Shown here: positions 10,155-20,475 of the stretch, one piece after another
Layout of the letters: each line of letters starts with the position of its first letter
Position numbering within the stretch: the first letter of the stretch is position 1
Source: an uncultured Acidobacteriota bacterium
GTDB lineage: Bacteria > Acidobacteriota > Terriglobia > UBA7540
NCBI GenBank assembly: GCA_963804995.1
Contig: CAWDSK010000003.1
Location: 768,001 to 832,000 of the forward strand
Length of the DNA stretch: 64,000 nt
Direction: 5' to 3'
Notes under the pieces: model-generated
The model's database searches: none
Seen by the model: only the letters and a program-made list of their open reading frames with translations
Told to the model about the DNA's origin: nothing
Position numbers and translations under genes: made by a program

Positions 10155-12346
10155 GTATCGTTATCGTCGGATTCGAGAAGGAGGATGACGAAATTTAGTG
10201 GGGGGGGTGAAAGCACCGGGGCGTCCGGTAGGAGCGAATGGAGACGCCGCAGGGCCGCCAGAGCAAGTCAAAAGGCAAAGCGCAAAAGGCAAAAGTCAAA
10301 AGTGAGGCGTCCCCTCCTGAGAATCCCGCCCCCCGCGCAGTGCCCCCGACACTCCCCCCTATCGTTATCGGCGGGTGGGGCGACGAACGTGAGAGATTTT
10401 GAGACCGTCGAAAACCCTCGGCGAAAATGGGTTGGCTGCGCCGAAGGCGCTTTGGGAGTGCGGCCGCGAAGCTGCCGCTTTGGTGCGAACACGGCCGCGC
10501 CAATCAGGACTTCAGACGCAAGTTGCAACATTCGGATGCAAAATGGGCGGAGAGACCCCTCATCCGGCTTCGTCCCTCCGCCACCTTCTCCCTAGGGAGA
10601 AGGAACGAAGTCGCGGGGCGCGCGATCGCGCGCTGTAAACCCTGGGCGGCCGCGAAGCTGCCGCTTTTCTTTCCGCCCGGCGGGTTGCTGTCCCGGCTGT
10701 GGCGCGCGGCGGGAGCAGAAAGCGGTAGCTCCGCGACCGCACTCCGAAAGCGCGTCGCGCCCTCGAGGCCACGGTGATGAGGGGAAGGTCATCAACCGAT
10801 CGCGAAGGCGATGACACGCCGCGGAAGGTCGCTCCGCCGGTGCCGCCCTCTAGGGAGGTACTACTTCGGGAACGAAAATTTAAGCTCGCGGCCCATTTCG
10901 AAGACGGGCTTCTTGCGGCGCTTGATGAGTGTGGCGTTTTCGGAGAGGGCGGAAACCAGGATGGGCATGGCGATGGTCGAATCGCATTGCACGCTGACCA
11001 TGCTGGCGTCGTGCGCGATTTTCCCCCAGCTTTGAGCTTCTTCGAAGGTGCAGCCGGAAAGCCCGCCAAAGTGCGGTGCGTCAATCACGACCTGAATGGC
11101 ATACTTATGGCCTTCGGTCGATTTGCGCAGGAAGGCCGCGGTGACTTCCGTCTGCTGCACAAAGTTTTTCGGCGTACCTCCTCCAAAATAGACCACGCCG
11201 CAGGGTCGCAAGAGCAGGTCAAAAGGCAAAGCGCAAAGGCAAAAGTGAGGAGTCCCCTCCTGAGAATCCCGCCCCCCGCGCAGTGCCCCCGACACTCCCC
11301 CGTACCGTTATCGGCGGATTCCAGAAGGAGGATGACGAAATTTACTGGGGGGTGAAAGCACCGGGGCGTCCGGCGGGAGCGAATGGACACGCCGCAGGGC
11401 CGCAAGAGCAAGTCAAAAGGCAAAGCGCAAAAGGCAAAAGTCAAAAGTGAGGAGTCCTCGCCTGAGAATCCCGCCCCCCGCGCAGTACCCCCGACACTCC
11501 CCCGTATCGTTATCGGCGGGTGGGGCGACGAACATGAGAGATTTTGGGACCGTCGAAAACCCTCGGCGAAAATGGGTTGGCTGCGCCGAAGGCGCTTTGG
11601 GAGTGCGGCCGCGAAGCTGCCGCTTTGGTGCGAACACGGCCGCGCCAATCAGGACTTCAGACGCAAGTTGCAACATTCGGATGCAAAATGGGCGGAGAGA
11701 CCCCTCATCCGGCTTCGTCCCTCCGCCACCTTCTCCCTAGGGAGAAGGAACGAAGTCGCGGGGCGCGCGATCGCGCGCTGTAAACCCTGGGCGGCCGCGA
11801 AGCTGCCGCTTTTCTTTCCGCCCGGCGGGTTGCTGTCCCGGCTGTGGCGCGCGGCAGGAGCAGAAAGCGGTAGCTCCGCGACCGCACTCCGAAAGCGCGT
11901 TGCGCCCTCGAAGCCACGGTGATGAGGGGAAGGTCATCAACCGATCGCGAAGGCGATGACACGCCGCGGAAGGTCGCTCCGCCGGTGCCGCCCTCTAGGG
12001 AGGTACTACTTCGGGAACGAAAACTTAAGTTCGCGGCCCATCTCGAAGACGGGCTTTTTGCGGCGCTTGATGAGTGTGGCGTTTTCGGAGAGGGCGGAAA
12101 CCAGCATGGGCATGGCGATGGTGGAATCGCATTGCACGCTGACCATGCTGGCGTCGTGGGCGATTTTCCCCCAGCTTTGAGCTTCTTCGAAGGTGCAGCC
12201 GGAAAGCCCGCCAAAGTGCGGTGCGTCAATCACGACCTGAATGGCGTACTTATGGCCTTCGGTCGATTTGCGCAGGAAGGCGGCGGTGACCTCCGTCTGC
12301 TGCACGAAGTTCTTCGGCGTGCCTCCTCCAAAATAGACGACGCCGC
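10152..12346 (+). repeat. Near-tandem duplication: 10152-11201 and 11299-12346 (offset ~1145)
   Basis: Direct alignment. Includes a ~125-bp sub-repeat present three times (10244-10374, 11195-11317, 11389-11519), palindromic elements and the 3' third of the dhs-like gene. Confidence 0.95.
10861..11201 (-). pseudogene. 3' fragment of the deoxyhypusine-synthase-like gene
   Basis: GVVYFGGGTPKNF...FSFPK matches 12006-12346 except for one Ile/Met; no 5' part. Confidence 0.9.
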
Positions 12347-13043
12347 TATTGGGTGAGTCGCTGGCCAGGTGCGCGGTCTCCAGCACATCGCCGATCACAT
12401 CAAAGGTGAACTGGTTTTTGCCCTCATAGCGGTTTTCGGCGATGCCGATGCCGATGGAGGAGTCGCTCACCGCCGGGCAATAGAGGGGGACGCCGGCCTT
12501 GTAGGCGGCGGTCACGATGCCGTCTTCTTTGGCGCGCCGGGAGAGGTCCTTGCCCAACAGGTTCAAGAACTCCCGCGTCGTATAGGGCCGCGACTGGTCA
12601 AGTGTCGCCGCGAAGGCTCCAATCATGGCGTCGGCTTCGCGAAACTCCTCCTCATCGGCCAGGGTGTCATACATGCGGTCAATCAGGTTCTTCTGCAAAT
12701 GGACGTCGTCGATTTTGGGTGAACACTGAAAGTGCAGGCGGCCCAGAGTCTCATGAATGTCGTGGAAGAAATTGGCGCCGGTCGAAACCAGGCAATCAAT
12801 CAGGCGGTTCTTGATCAGATATACCACCAGCCGCCGCATGCCGGCGGGCACCATGGCGCCCGATAGGCCCATCATGATCATCACCCGGTCGCCCAGCATC
12901 TTTTTCCAAATCTGATAGGCAGTGGCCAGGTTGCGGCCCTGGAAGGAAATGCCCTGCATCTTTTCGAGTAATGCCGCGACACTCTTGCCGGCGTCGATCT
13001 TCAAGGGCCGGGTCGGTGTGGAGAGAATTTCGTGTTTGCGCAT
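12006..13043 (-). CDS. Deoxyhypusine synthase-like protein (homospermidine pathway, SpeY-like)
   Basis: GLSGAMVPAG, VSTGAN, CPAVSDSSIG, GGGTPKN, GGLSGCTFEEAQSWGK (catalytic Lys). Confidence 0.9.
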   Translation of the reverse strand: MRKHEILSTPTRPLKIDAGKSVAALLEKMQGISFQGRNLATAYQIWKKMLGDRVMIMMGLSGAMVPAGMRRLVVYLIKNRLIDCLVSTGANFFHDIHETLGRLHFQCSPKIDDVHLQKNLIDRMYDTLADEEEFREADAMIGAFAATLDQSRPYTTREFLNLLGKDLSRRAKEDGIVTAAYKAGVPLYCPAVSDSSIGIGIAENRYEGKNQFTFDVIGDVLETAHLASDSPNSGVVYFGGGTPKNFVQQTEVTAAFLRKSTEGHKYAIQVVIDAPHFGGLSGCTFEEAQSWGKIAHDASMVSVQCDSTIAMPMLVSALSENATLIKRRKKPVFEMGRELKFSFPK

Positions 13044-13119
13044 GACACCCCTTGGGATTCAAGCTCTTGCGGCTGGGACTCCGAGCAGGGCTCAGGAGGG
13101 TGGACGGAACCACGGTCCA

Positions 13120-13674
13120 TCACTCATCGACCCCCAGCAAGATGGCGGCGGAAAGCACGGTGGTCCACAGGCCGCGCTTGTCCCCAATGGCGGATTGGGT
13201 GATTTCCATCGTCCGGACAATCTTGTTGGAAATCTGGTAAATCTCCTTCTTCTCATTCCAGCTTCGATCCGGATCGAATTCGACGCCGAGCGTGGTGGCC
13301 AGCATTTCGGCCGCGAGCTCTTCCGCGTATTCCCCCGCCACTTCTTCGGTTTCTCCATAGGAATGATGCTCGGAGAGGTAGCCAAAAGTGTTGCGGTCGG
13401 AGGGAAGGGCGATTCCAATCGAGGCGGCAATCAGACGGTGCGGTTCGCGCGTGGAGTTCTCACTCATCACCACGAACGTTACCTGGCCGGGCCGCATCTC
13501 CTTCACGCCCTCGGAACGTGGAATCAATTTGCAACGCGGAGGAAAGATACTGGAAACCCTCACCAGGTTGCAAGCCGCAATGCCGGCGGAGCGCAACGCC
13601 AGCTCAAAGCTGGTCAGCTTCTCGCGGTGCTTCCCTACACCTTTGGTGAGAAACATCCGTTTGGGTACGAACAT
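13120..13674 (-). CDS. pdaD: Pyruvoyl-dependent arginine decarboxylase
   Basis: [22 protein letters not shown] (Ser-Ser cleavage site), [15 protein letters not shown]. Confidence 0.9.
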   Translation of the reverse strand: MFVPKRMFLTKGVGKHREKLTSFELALRSAGIAACNLVRVSSIFPPRCKLIPRSEGVKEMRPGQVTFVVMSENSTREPHRLIAASIGIALPSDRNTFGYLSEHHSYGETEEVAGEYAEELAAEMLATTLGVEFDPDRSWNEKKEIYQISNKIVRTMEITQSAIGDKRGLWTTVLSAAILLGVDE

Positions 13675-13935
13675 TCCTGTTCCTTCCTTCTCCGGGTGGT
13701 TACGGGCTTAATGGCTGAGGGCTATCAAGTCCGGTCCCAAGGATGGATTCTACTGTATCAAGCGGGAATTTTGTACCGTAACAAAAAACGAAGAAAAGTG
13801 TCAACGGACTTTTGGACGTGTCCCAGTTTGACGGAGAGGCAGCGGCAACCGATCTGGTCGGGACGCCGCCCTTGCGTAGAGGCTGAGGCATTTATCCCGA
13901 TCTGATCGGGACGCCGCCATCCAGCGAAGTGGGAC

Positions 13936-14037
13936 TGTCCCACATGTTGCTCTCCGCGCACCATAGCGCGCGAGGTCCCACTTAATTTCCCACCTTCATG
14001 CGTTTTTTTCCTATGACTTTTCACATGCGGATCCGCC
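13936..14037 (+). repeat. 102-bp TGT-terminated repeat (transposon-end-like)
   Basis: Gapless 84/102 match to the reverse complement of 58382-58483; partial copies at 34116-34170 and ~42856-42905. Confidence 0.85.
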
Positions 14038-14090
14038 AAATTAAGCTCATAGATCGCCGCTACCCCAAATTGACCCCCTAGCCAGTTTAC

Positions 14091-14120
14091 TTGACAAGAT
14101 TGTTAGGAGGTGCCGATAAT
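14091..14120 (+). promoter_or_regulatory. Putative sigma70 promoter of the sugar-utilisation operon
   Basis: TTGACA-18 nt-GATAAT. Confidence 0.4.
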
Positions 14121-14259
14121 CCCTTGGTTTCGGTGTACCGGCCGAAAGTTGTTCCTCCACGCTCCTGGCCAAAACTCTTCGCAGGCGGCGCCCGAAACTC
14201 TAAGAGGTATGAGCCCTACATCCCAGCACCCTAAATATCCTCAAGGCGAGGCGTATCAT

Positions 14260-15273
14260 ATGACCTTCATCCTGAGAGTGGCGAGCATTATGGCTTTAGT
14301 CATCCTCCTGCCCCCTGGCTTCCTAGCCGGCGCCGATCAACCGGTGAAGTTCGAGAAACATCCGGATTCCATCGCAGTCCTCATAGGCGGAAAGCCCTTC
14401 ACAACATATTACTTTGGCCCGCAATCACCCAAACCTTATCTGCACCCCTTGCGGACAGCGGAAGGAACTATCGTGACCCGCGGATTCCCCATGCGCACGG
14501 ACATTCCTGGCGAGAGCCGGGACCACCCGCACCATCGCGCCCTGTTCTATACGCACGGCGACATCAATGGCATCGATTTCTGGGGCGAGGGCGAGGCGAG
14601 CAAACAGCAGCAAACCGCCAAGGGTGTGTTTTACTCCACCAGTAAAGAGCTACCCAAAGGCCGCACGGTGTTCCGCAAACTCGACGAGTCGAAGGGTGGC
14701 GCCGACAGCGGCACACTGCGTGCCACTTTCGATCTGGTCGGGCCCGACGGCAAAACCATCGGCAGCGAAATCCAGGAATATACTTTCCGGGGCGATGCCT
14801 CCACGCGCATCATCGACTGCGCGTTCACCACCACCGCCGATCACGGGATTCCACTGAAAATGGGCGACACCAAGGAGGGCACCTTTGCCATTCGCGTGGT
14901 GAAGGGGCTGGAGAAACCCAACGGCAAGATGCTGAACTCAGAAGGCAAGGTGGGGGAAGCCGATATCTGGGGCAAGCGCGCCGATTGGGTGGATTACTCC
15001 GGCGTGGTGGCGGGGGAAGCACTTGGCATCGCTATATTTGATAATCCTGGGAATATCAAGCACCCCACTTACTGGCATGCCCGCGATTATGGCCTGTTCG
15101 CCGTCAATCCCTTCGGCGAGCACGACTTCTACAACGACCCTAAGCGCGATGGCAGCGTCACGATTGCGGTTGGCCAGTCGCTCACTTTTCGGTACCGCGT
15201 GCTCATTCACCACGGCGACGCCGCAGAGGCCCAGGTTGCCGAAGCGTACCGGCAGTACGCTCAAAACAAGTAG
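14260..15273 (+). CDS. Secreted PmoA-like/DUF6807 family protein
   Basis: Signal peptide; KPYLHPL, DHPHHR, DTKEG, WGKRADWVDYSG, WHARDYGLFAVNPFG. Confidence 0.75.
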   Translation: MTFILRVASIMALVILLPPGFLAGADQPVKFEKHPDSIAVLIGGKPFTTYYFGPQSPKPYLHPLRTAEGTIVTRGFPMRTDIPGESRDHPHHRALFYTHGDINGIDFWGEGEASKQQQTAKGVFYSTSKELPKGRTVFRKLDESKGGADSGTLRATFDLVGPDGKTIGSEIQEYTFRGDASTRIIDCAFTTTADHGIPLKMGDTKEGTFAIRVVKGLEKPNGKMLNSEGKVGEADIWGKRADWVDYSGVVAGEALGIAIFDNPGNIKHPTYWHARDYGLFAVNPFGEHDFYNDPKRDGSVTIAVGQSLTFRYRVLIHHGDAAEAQVAEAYRQYAQNK

Positions 15274-15327
15274 GCACAAGCCAGCCTGACCTTAGCGTGC
15301 GCGCATCCCAGTCCCTGCGAGGTGCTT

Positions 15328-16140
15328 ATGGATCGTCTGATCAAAGCTCGCAAAAATGGAAACTTTCAACAGATCGTCGCACCAGGCACGATGCGATTCC
15401 TGGATTTTGCCACCCTGCAACTAGAGAAAGGTGACCACCACTCGCTCTCCACAGGCGCGCGTGAGTACGTGCTTGACCTCTTCTCCGGCGTCGTTACCTT
15501 GACGGTCCGCACCGTGGGAAGAAGCAAAGAGATTTACAGCCAGATTGGCAAGCGTGCGGATGTCTTCTCGGGGCCGCCGCTGATGAGCTACCTCCCGCCC
15601 AACTCGCAGGTGGAGATCAAAGCGGAATCGCAGGCGGAAATGGGGCTGTTCTCCGCGCCATCGAACTCCCAAGCCCCGGCGGCGCTACTCGAAGGCTCTA
15701 CTGTCGTCGCCAAGCAGGTTGGCCACGATAACTCCCTGCGCACCGTCTACTCGGCGCTGGCCAATAATGTACCGGCCGAGCGTCTCCTGGCCGGCGAAAC
15801 TCTCAATCCACCCGGTAACTGGTCAAGCTTCCCGCCCCACAAGCACGACCGCTCGAACCCACCGAAGGAAGCCGTGCTCGAAGAGATTTACTTTTTCCGC
15901 TTCAAACCGGCGAGGGGCTTTGGCTTTATCTGGACTTACACAGCCCCTGATGATCCCCAAGGTTTCTCCAACGTTTTCGTGGTCGAGGACGGCGACACGG
16001 TCCTCCTGCCCAAAGGCTATCACCCCTTGGTGGGCGCTCCCGGTTACGAACTGCACTACACTTGGGTCCTCGCGGGTGAAGAGCGCCGTTACGGCGCCTG
16101 GGCTGAAGATCCTCGTTACGCCGGGGTGAAGAACCCGTGA
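15328..16140 (+). CDS. iolB: 5-deoxy-glucuronate isomerase
   Basis: GNWSSFPPHKHD, LEEIYFF, LPKGYHP. Confidence 0.85.
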   Translation: MDRLIKARKNGNFQQIVAPGTMRFLDFATLQLEKGDHHSLSTGAREYVLDLFSGVVTLTVRTVGRSKEIYSQIGKRADVFSGPPLMSYLPPNSQVEIKAESQAEMGLFSAPSNSQAPAALLEGSTVVAKQVGHDNSLRTVYSALANNVPAERLLAGETLNPPGNWSSFPPHKHDRSNPPKEAVLEEIYFFRFKPARGFGFIWTYTAPDDPQGFSNVFVVEDGDTVLLPKGYHPLVGAPGYELHYTWVLAGEERRYGAWAEDPRYAGVKNP

Positions 16141-16150
16141 CCCGCGCCCA

Positions 16151-17536
16151 TTGACAAGTGAGCCGGGCAAATCGCACGCCCTAAGGAGAATTGTGCACCT
16201 CCCATCCTCGGAAACAGAATCTGCCCCCAGCCCCACCCATCCACCAACCTCGGCACGCCCCTTCCAAATCCCGCACCTACGTTGGGTGATTTGCGGGGTG
16301 CTGTTTACCGGCACACTCGTCAACTACATCGACCGCGGCACGATTGCCATCCTCGCCCATCATCTGCAGCAGCTTTTCCAATGGAAGGAAAGCGACTATG
16401 GGTGGATCGTCTTTGCGTTTCAGTTGTCCTACGCCATCATGATGCTGGCTTCCGGAGGTGTTATTGACCGGCTCGGCACGCGGGCTGGATACGCGCTGGC
16501 CATGACCTGGTGGTCACTTGCCGCCATGGGCCACGCCCTGGCCCGGGGAGTCATGTCCTTCGCCGCGGCGCGCTTCCTGTTGGGAGCGGGAGAGGCGGGC
16601 AACTTCCCGGCTTCCATCAAGGCGGTGGCGGAATGGTTCCCCAAACGGGAGCGTGCCCTGGCCACGGGGATTTTCAACTCCGCGACCGCAGTAGGCACAG
16701 TAGTTGCCTATCCGATAGTGGGCTGGTTGTTTCTCAAATGGGGCTGGCAGGCAGCCTTTATCGGCACGGGCGCGCTGGGTCTCGTTTGCCTCACCCTCTG
16801 GCTGGGGATTTACCGTCTGCCCCGGCAACACTCCTGGCTCACTCCGGCCGAACTGAAGCACATTGAGACCCAGCATGCTGACGAGAAGGAATCAGAGGGG
16901 CAAGCTCTTTCGTGGGGGGAGGTTCTCAGCTTTCGGCAGGCGTGGGGATTCGCCCTGGCCAAGTTCATGACCGACCCGATTTGGTGGTTCTACATTTTCT
17001 GGCTGCCCAAATACCTGATCGAAATCCGCCACTACTCGATCGCGCGGCTGGAGCTTTTTGGCGCCATCCCCTGGCTTGCGGCCGTCCCGGGATCGATTGG
17101 AGGCGGGTGGCTCTCCGGATACTTGATTCGTCGCGGCCGTTCCATCAACTACTCTCGCAAAACAGCCATGTTGATATGCGCCTGCCTGATGCCCGCCGGC
17201 GTTCTGGCGGTATTCGCGCACAGCCCCTGGGCAGCGCTGGTGTTTGTTTCCCTAGCCACGGCAGCGCACTCAGGGTGGTCAGCGAACGTCTACACGCTGG
17301 CTTCAGACATGTTTCCGAAAAGGGATGTGGGTTCGGTGGTAGGGCTGGGCGGAGCCGCAGGAGCCTTCGGAGGAATGATCATCGCGCCGGTGGCGGGTTA
17401 TGTCCTGCAATGGTTCCACACGTATGTCCCACTCTTTATAATCGCGGGGGTCATGCACCCCCTGGCAATTGTACTTTTACAACGGGTCATACCGCGTATT
17501 GAAAGCATCACGCCGGCTACTCCAGCCCTCACGTAG
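16151..17536 (+). CDS. MFS transporter, ExuT/hexuronate-like (start uncertain)
   Basis: NYIDR, RFLLGAGEAGNFP, WFPKRERALATGIFNS, TDPIWWFY. Confidence 0.9.
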   Translation: MTSEPGKSHALRRIVHLPSSETESAPSPTHPPTSARPFQIPHLRWVICGVLFTGTLVNYIDRGTIAILAHHLQQLFQWKESDYGWIVFAFQLSYAIMMLASGGVIDRLGTRAGYALAMTWWSLAAMGHALARGVMSFAAARFLLGAGEAGNFPASIKAVAEWFPKRERALATGIFNSATAVGTVVAYPIVGWLFLKWGWQAAFIGTGALGLVCLTLWLGIYRLPRQHSWLTPAELKHIETQHADEKESEGQALSWGEVLSFRQAWGFALAKFMTDPIWWFYIFWLPKYLIEIRHYSIARLELFGAIPWLAAVPGSIGGGWLSGYLIRRGRSINYSRKTAMLICACLMPAGVLAVFAHSPWAALVFVSLATAAHSGWSANVYTLASDMFPKRDVGSVVGLGGAAGAFGGMIIAPVAGYVLQWFHTYVPLFIIAGVMHPLAIVLLQRVIPRIESITPATPALT

Positions 17537-17555
17537 AGAATGCGAGCCCGCTGCT

Positions 17556-17993
17556 TCAGGCAGCAGTCCCCCGCTCCTTGAGCTTTTCAACTTGGATGTG
17601 GGCGCGGATGAACCGGAGCAGGTCGCTGGGAGCCACTGGCTTCTCCAAGTAATCCACCGCCCCCATCTGCATGGCCTCCAGGTAGCAACTCATTTCGATC
17701 GACCGCGTCACCACCAGGACAGCCCGGTGACGGTCCAATTGGATCGCGCGGTCCAGCACGGTCCGCCCTTCGAAAGCCGGGCCGCCCTGGCTGACCAACA
17801 CAAAATCAACAGGCTCCGCCCCGAGGCATTGTACGCCGGCTTCAAAGGAAGTGCAGGCGGCAACCTCGAAGCCCTGGCCCTCCAGGATCATGCGAAAGAA
17901 ACTCAGGTCTCCCGCGTCCTCATCCACCAGCAGGACTTTTCCCGACTGCCGTGCAAAATCGATGGCTCGTTGAGTGAGGGTGTCGCTTGACAT
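17556..17993 (-). CDS. Stand-alone receiver domain lacking the phospho-acceptor Asp
   Basis: VLLVDED, DFVLVSQGGP (Ser at the Asp site), GAVDYLEKP. Confidence 0.8.
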   Translation of the reverse strand: MSSDTLTQRAIDFARQSGKVLLVDEDAGDLSFFRMILEGQGFEVAACTSFEAGVQCLGAEPVDFVLVSQGGPAFEGRTVLDRAIQLDRHRAVLVVTRSIEMSCYLEAMQMGAVDYLEKPVAPSDLLRFIRAHIQVEKLKERGTAA

Positions 17994-19072
17994 AGGAGTT
18001 CTCCGTGCCGTTTCTGTGACCCTTTTTCGAAGCCGGTGGAGGAGACATCTCGCCTTGCGGAGAGGATTCCTCCTGCTACCTTGATCAGAGTAAGGGTTAC
18101 GTCAAGTTGTGTCAGTTCCTATAGTCTTCTTAAAGCGAGGAAACTTTCAGAGCCCTTCCGGGGTTGAGAAGGTAACAGCATCTTTGTGAGGGAACAGGAA
18201 TCAGCACAGTACCGGGTAGTGGAGAGTTGAACAGACCCAGGAGAAGCTTCCAGGTGATCCCGATTTTCAATCCTTAAAAAACGTAACTTCCGCGATGCCC
18301 GCGCAGGCCCAAGTGGAGATTGCCCATGGGAGGACCAAGCCTCCTGATGACTCCAGATTGTCGGTGGGTACAACTGACGATGAGCCCGCGCGGGCTCGCT
18401 CGCGGCGGTGGTCTCGCCTGTGACCCCACCCACAGGGTCGAAACACACCGGGAGTGCTCCGGGCGAAAAACACTTTCTCATGGCTTGGAACAGGCGAAGA
18501 GAGTAATCTTTTTATAGGTAGTTGTCAAGACAATTATTAAGTGAATACCCTTCACACGTGGCGTAGATCAGATTGATGCAACTCATTGAATCTACATGGC
18601 TAAACAATTATGACCCAAGGGTGCTGATGCAAAGTTCAACACCAACTGACAACTAGTCTACCCTGTCCCCATTAGTCAGCAACTCTTGCCATGATTGCCT
18701 CCCTCCTTGCTTGCCTGGATGGCTTTATCTCCGCGCGGCAGGGTGCTCAGTAACCTGCCGTGCGAAAGAAGATGGGTCGCCGGCCGGCGCTATTTGCCGC
18801 CAGCCGTCCAACGCGAATGGACCCCAGCGGTCTATTCGCGCCGTCGTTCGGTCAAGCTGAGAGGCTCTCGTTTGGCGTGCCCAGGTGTCACATCAGTGAG
18901 AATTGAAGAGGTGGAAGGTAACATCAGGAGCGCAACCGTATCTAGTTGAGGGGAAAAGCAAGGAAAGTTGTCATCGGCTACGGTACGCGAGGATTGAGTG
19001 GCTAGGTTTCTCCTCTTGACCTTCCGGCGAATTGCGATATGCTGCCGCAACCTCTCGCTTCTGGACGGCTGA

Positions 19073-20350
19073 GTGAGCAATTCAAGTGTTTCTGTTCCGG
19101 GTATTGGCGACGCGCGGGCCGGTTTGCTGCCCATCTCGAACCATCGCCGTTGGGTTCTGGTCGGCCTTCTGTTCATCGCCTCGTTCATCAATTACCTCAA
19201 CCGCGCCACGCTCTCCGTGGCCTTGCCGCTGATTTCGGTCGATCTCCATCTCGGCCCGGAGACCAAAGGGTTGCTGCTTTCCTCCTTCTTCGTCTCCTAC
19301 GCCCTCATGCAGATTCCCGTGGGCTGGTGCGCGGACCGTTTCAACCTCAAGTGGCTTTACGCGGGCCTGTTTGCCGTATGGTCACTCGCCTGTGGTCTGA
19401 CCAGCCTCGCGGGCAGCCTGGGAGTGTTGATTGTGCTGCGCATTCTGCTGGGCATCGGCGAATCCGTATACCTCCCCGGCGGAACCAAGATCGTCAGTGT
19501 GCTGTTTTCCTCCCGGGAACGCGGCCTGCCCTCCGGGCTGTTTGATAGCGGCACGCGCGCGGGAATTGCCCTGGGCGCGCCGTTCATCGCCATGCTGGTA
19601 GTGCATTACGGATGGCGGCGCATGTTTGCGCTGGTGGGTTTCACGGCCGTGGCCTGGCTCCTGCCCTGGGTCCTGCTCGCTCCACGGAGACTGCAGACTC
19701 CGCCGGGCTACACTGCCGCCGCGCGCGCTCCGGCCGCTTCCCCGCCCACCCGGCGCTTCCACCTTAACCGTAACCTGCTGGGCATCTGCCTGGGCTTCTT
19801 CTGCTTTGATTATTTCTGGTACCTCCTGGTTACCTGGCTGCCCGACTATCTCGTGACCGTCCGCCACCTCAATTTGCTGAGCGCCGGTATGTATGCGTCG
19901 CTCCCCTATTTCATTTTTGGGGCCGGTGAACCTATCGGTGGCTGGATTGCCGACCGCTTGATCCGACGCGGCTGGGATGAAACCCGCACGCGTAAAGGCA
20001 TCGTCACAGTTGCCTTCATGACCGGACTCCTGCTCATTCCCGCGGCACGCGCCGCTACGCCCTCCGGCGCCCTGGCGTTCATTGCCGCCGCCTCTCTGGT
20101 GGGACTTTCCAGCGGTAACCTGCTGGTCATCCTGCAATGTTGCGCGCCGCCTGACGAAGTGGGCACCTGGACCGGCATCCAGAACTTCGGCGGCAACGTG
20201 GGTGGCATCCTCGCGCCCCTTGCCACCGGCCTCCTCATCGCCCGCTCCGGATCCTATCTTCCCGGATTTGCGCTTGCCGCGTTTGTCCTGGTCGCCGGTC
20301 TGCTGGCCTACTGGTATATCGTCGGCGAACTCAATCCGCACGCGGACTAA
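19073..20350 (+). CDS. MFS transporter (sugar-acid/ACS family)
   Basis: FINYLNRATLSVA, RILLGIGES, WLPDYL and multiple TM segments. Confidence 0.9.
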   Translation: MSNSSVSVPGIGDARAGLLPISNHRRWVLVGLLFIASFINYLNRATLSVALPLISVDLHLGPETKGLLLSSFFVSYALMQIPVGWCADRFNLKWLYAGLFAVWSLACGLTSLAGSLGVLIVLRILLGIGESVYLPGGTKIVSVLFSSRERGLPSGLFDSGTRAGIALGAPFIAMLVVHYGWRRMFALVGFTAVAWLLPWVLLAPRRLQTPPGYTAAARAPAASPPTRRFHLNRNLLGICLGFFCFDYFWYLLVTWLPDYLVTVRHLNLLSAGMYASLPYFIFGAGEPIGGWIADRLIRRGWDETRTRKGIVTVAFMTGLLLIPAARAATPSGALAFIAAASLVGLSSGNLLVILQCCAPPDEVGTWTGIQNFGGNVGGILAPLATGLLIARSGSYLPGFALAAFVLVAGLLAYWYIVGELNPHAD

Positions 20351-20475
20351 CCCACGGAATTCACTTTAATTGTAGCAACCTGCCCAAACGCACACGGTTA
20401 AAACCCGGACTGCCGCGCCATCAAACTTACCCTAGTCGCCGCAGCCGAATAGAATCTATAATGGAAGTTCCACTT

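Noticed and set aside
10185..11940. Many overlapping ORFs in the duplicated region
   Set aside because: They are translations of GC-rich palindromic repeats with no recognisable domains; only the dhs fragment is coding-derived.
14260..15273. Methane monooxygenase subunit
   Set aside because: The PmoA family label is misleading; this is a soluble secreted protein in a sugar-catabolism operon with no pmoBC.
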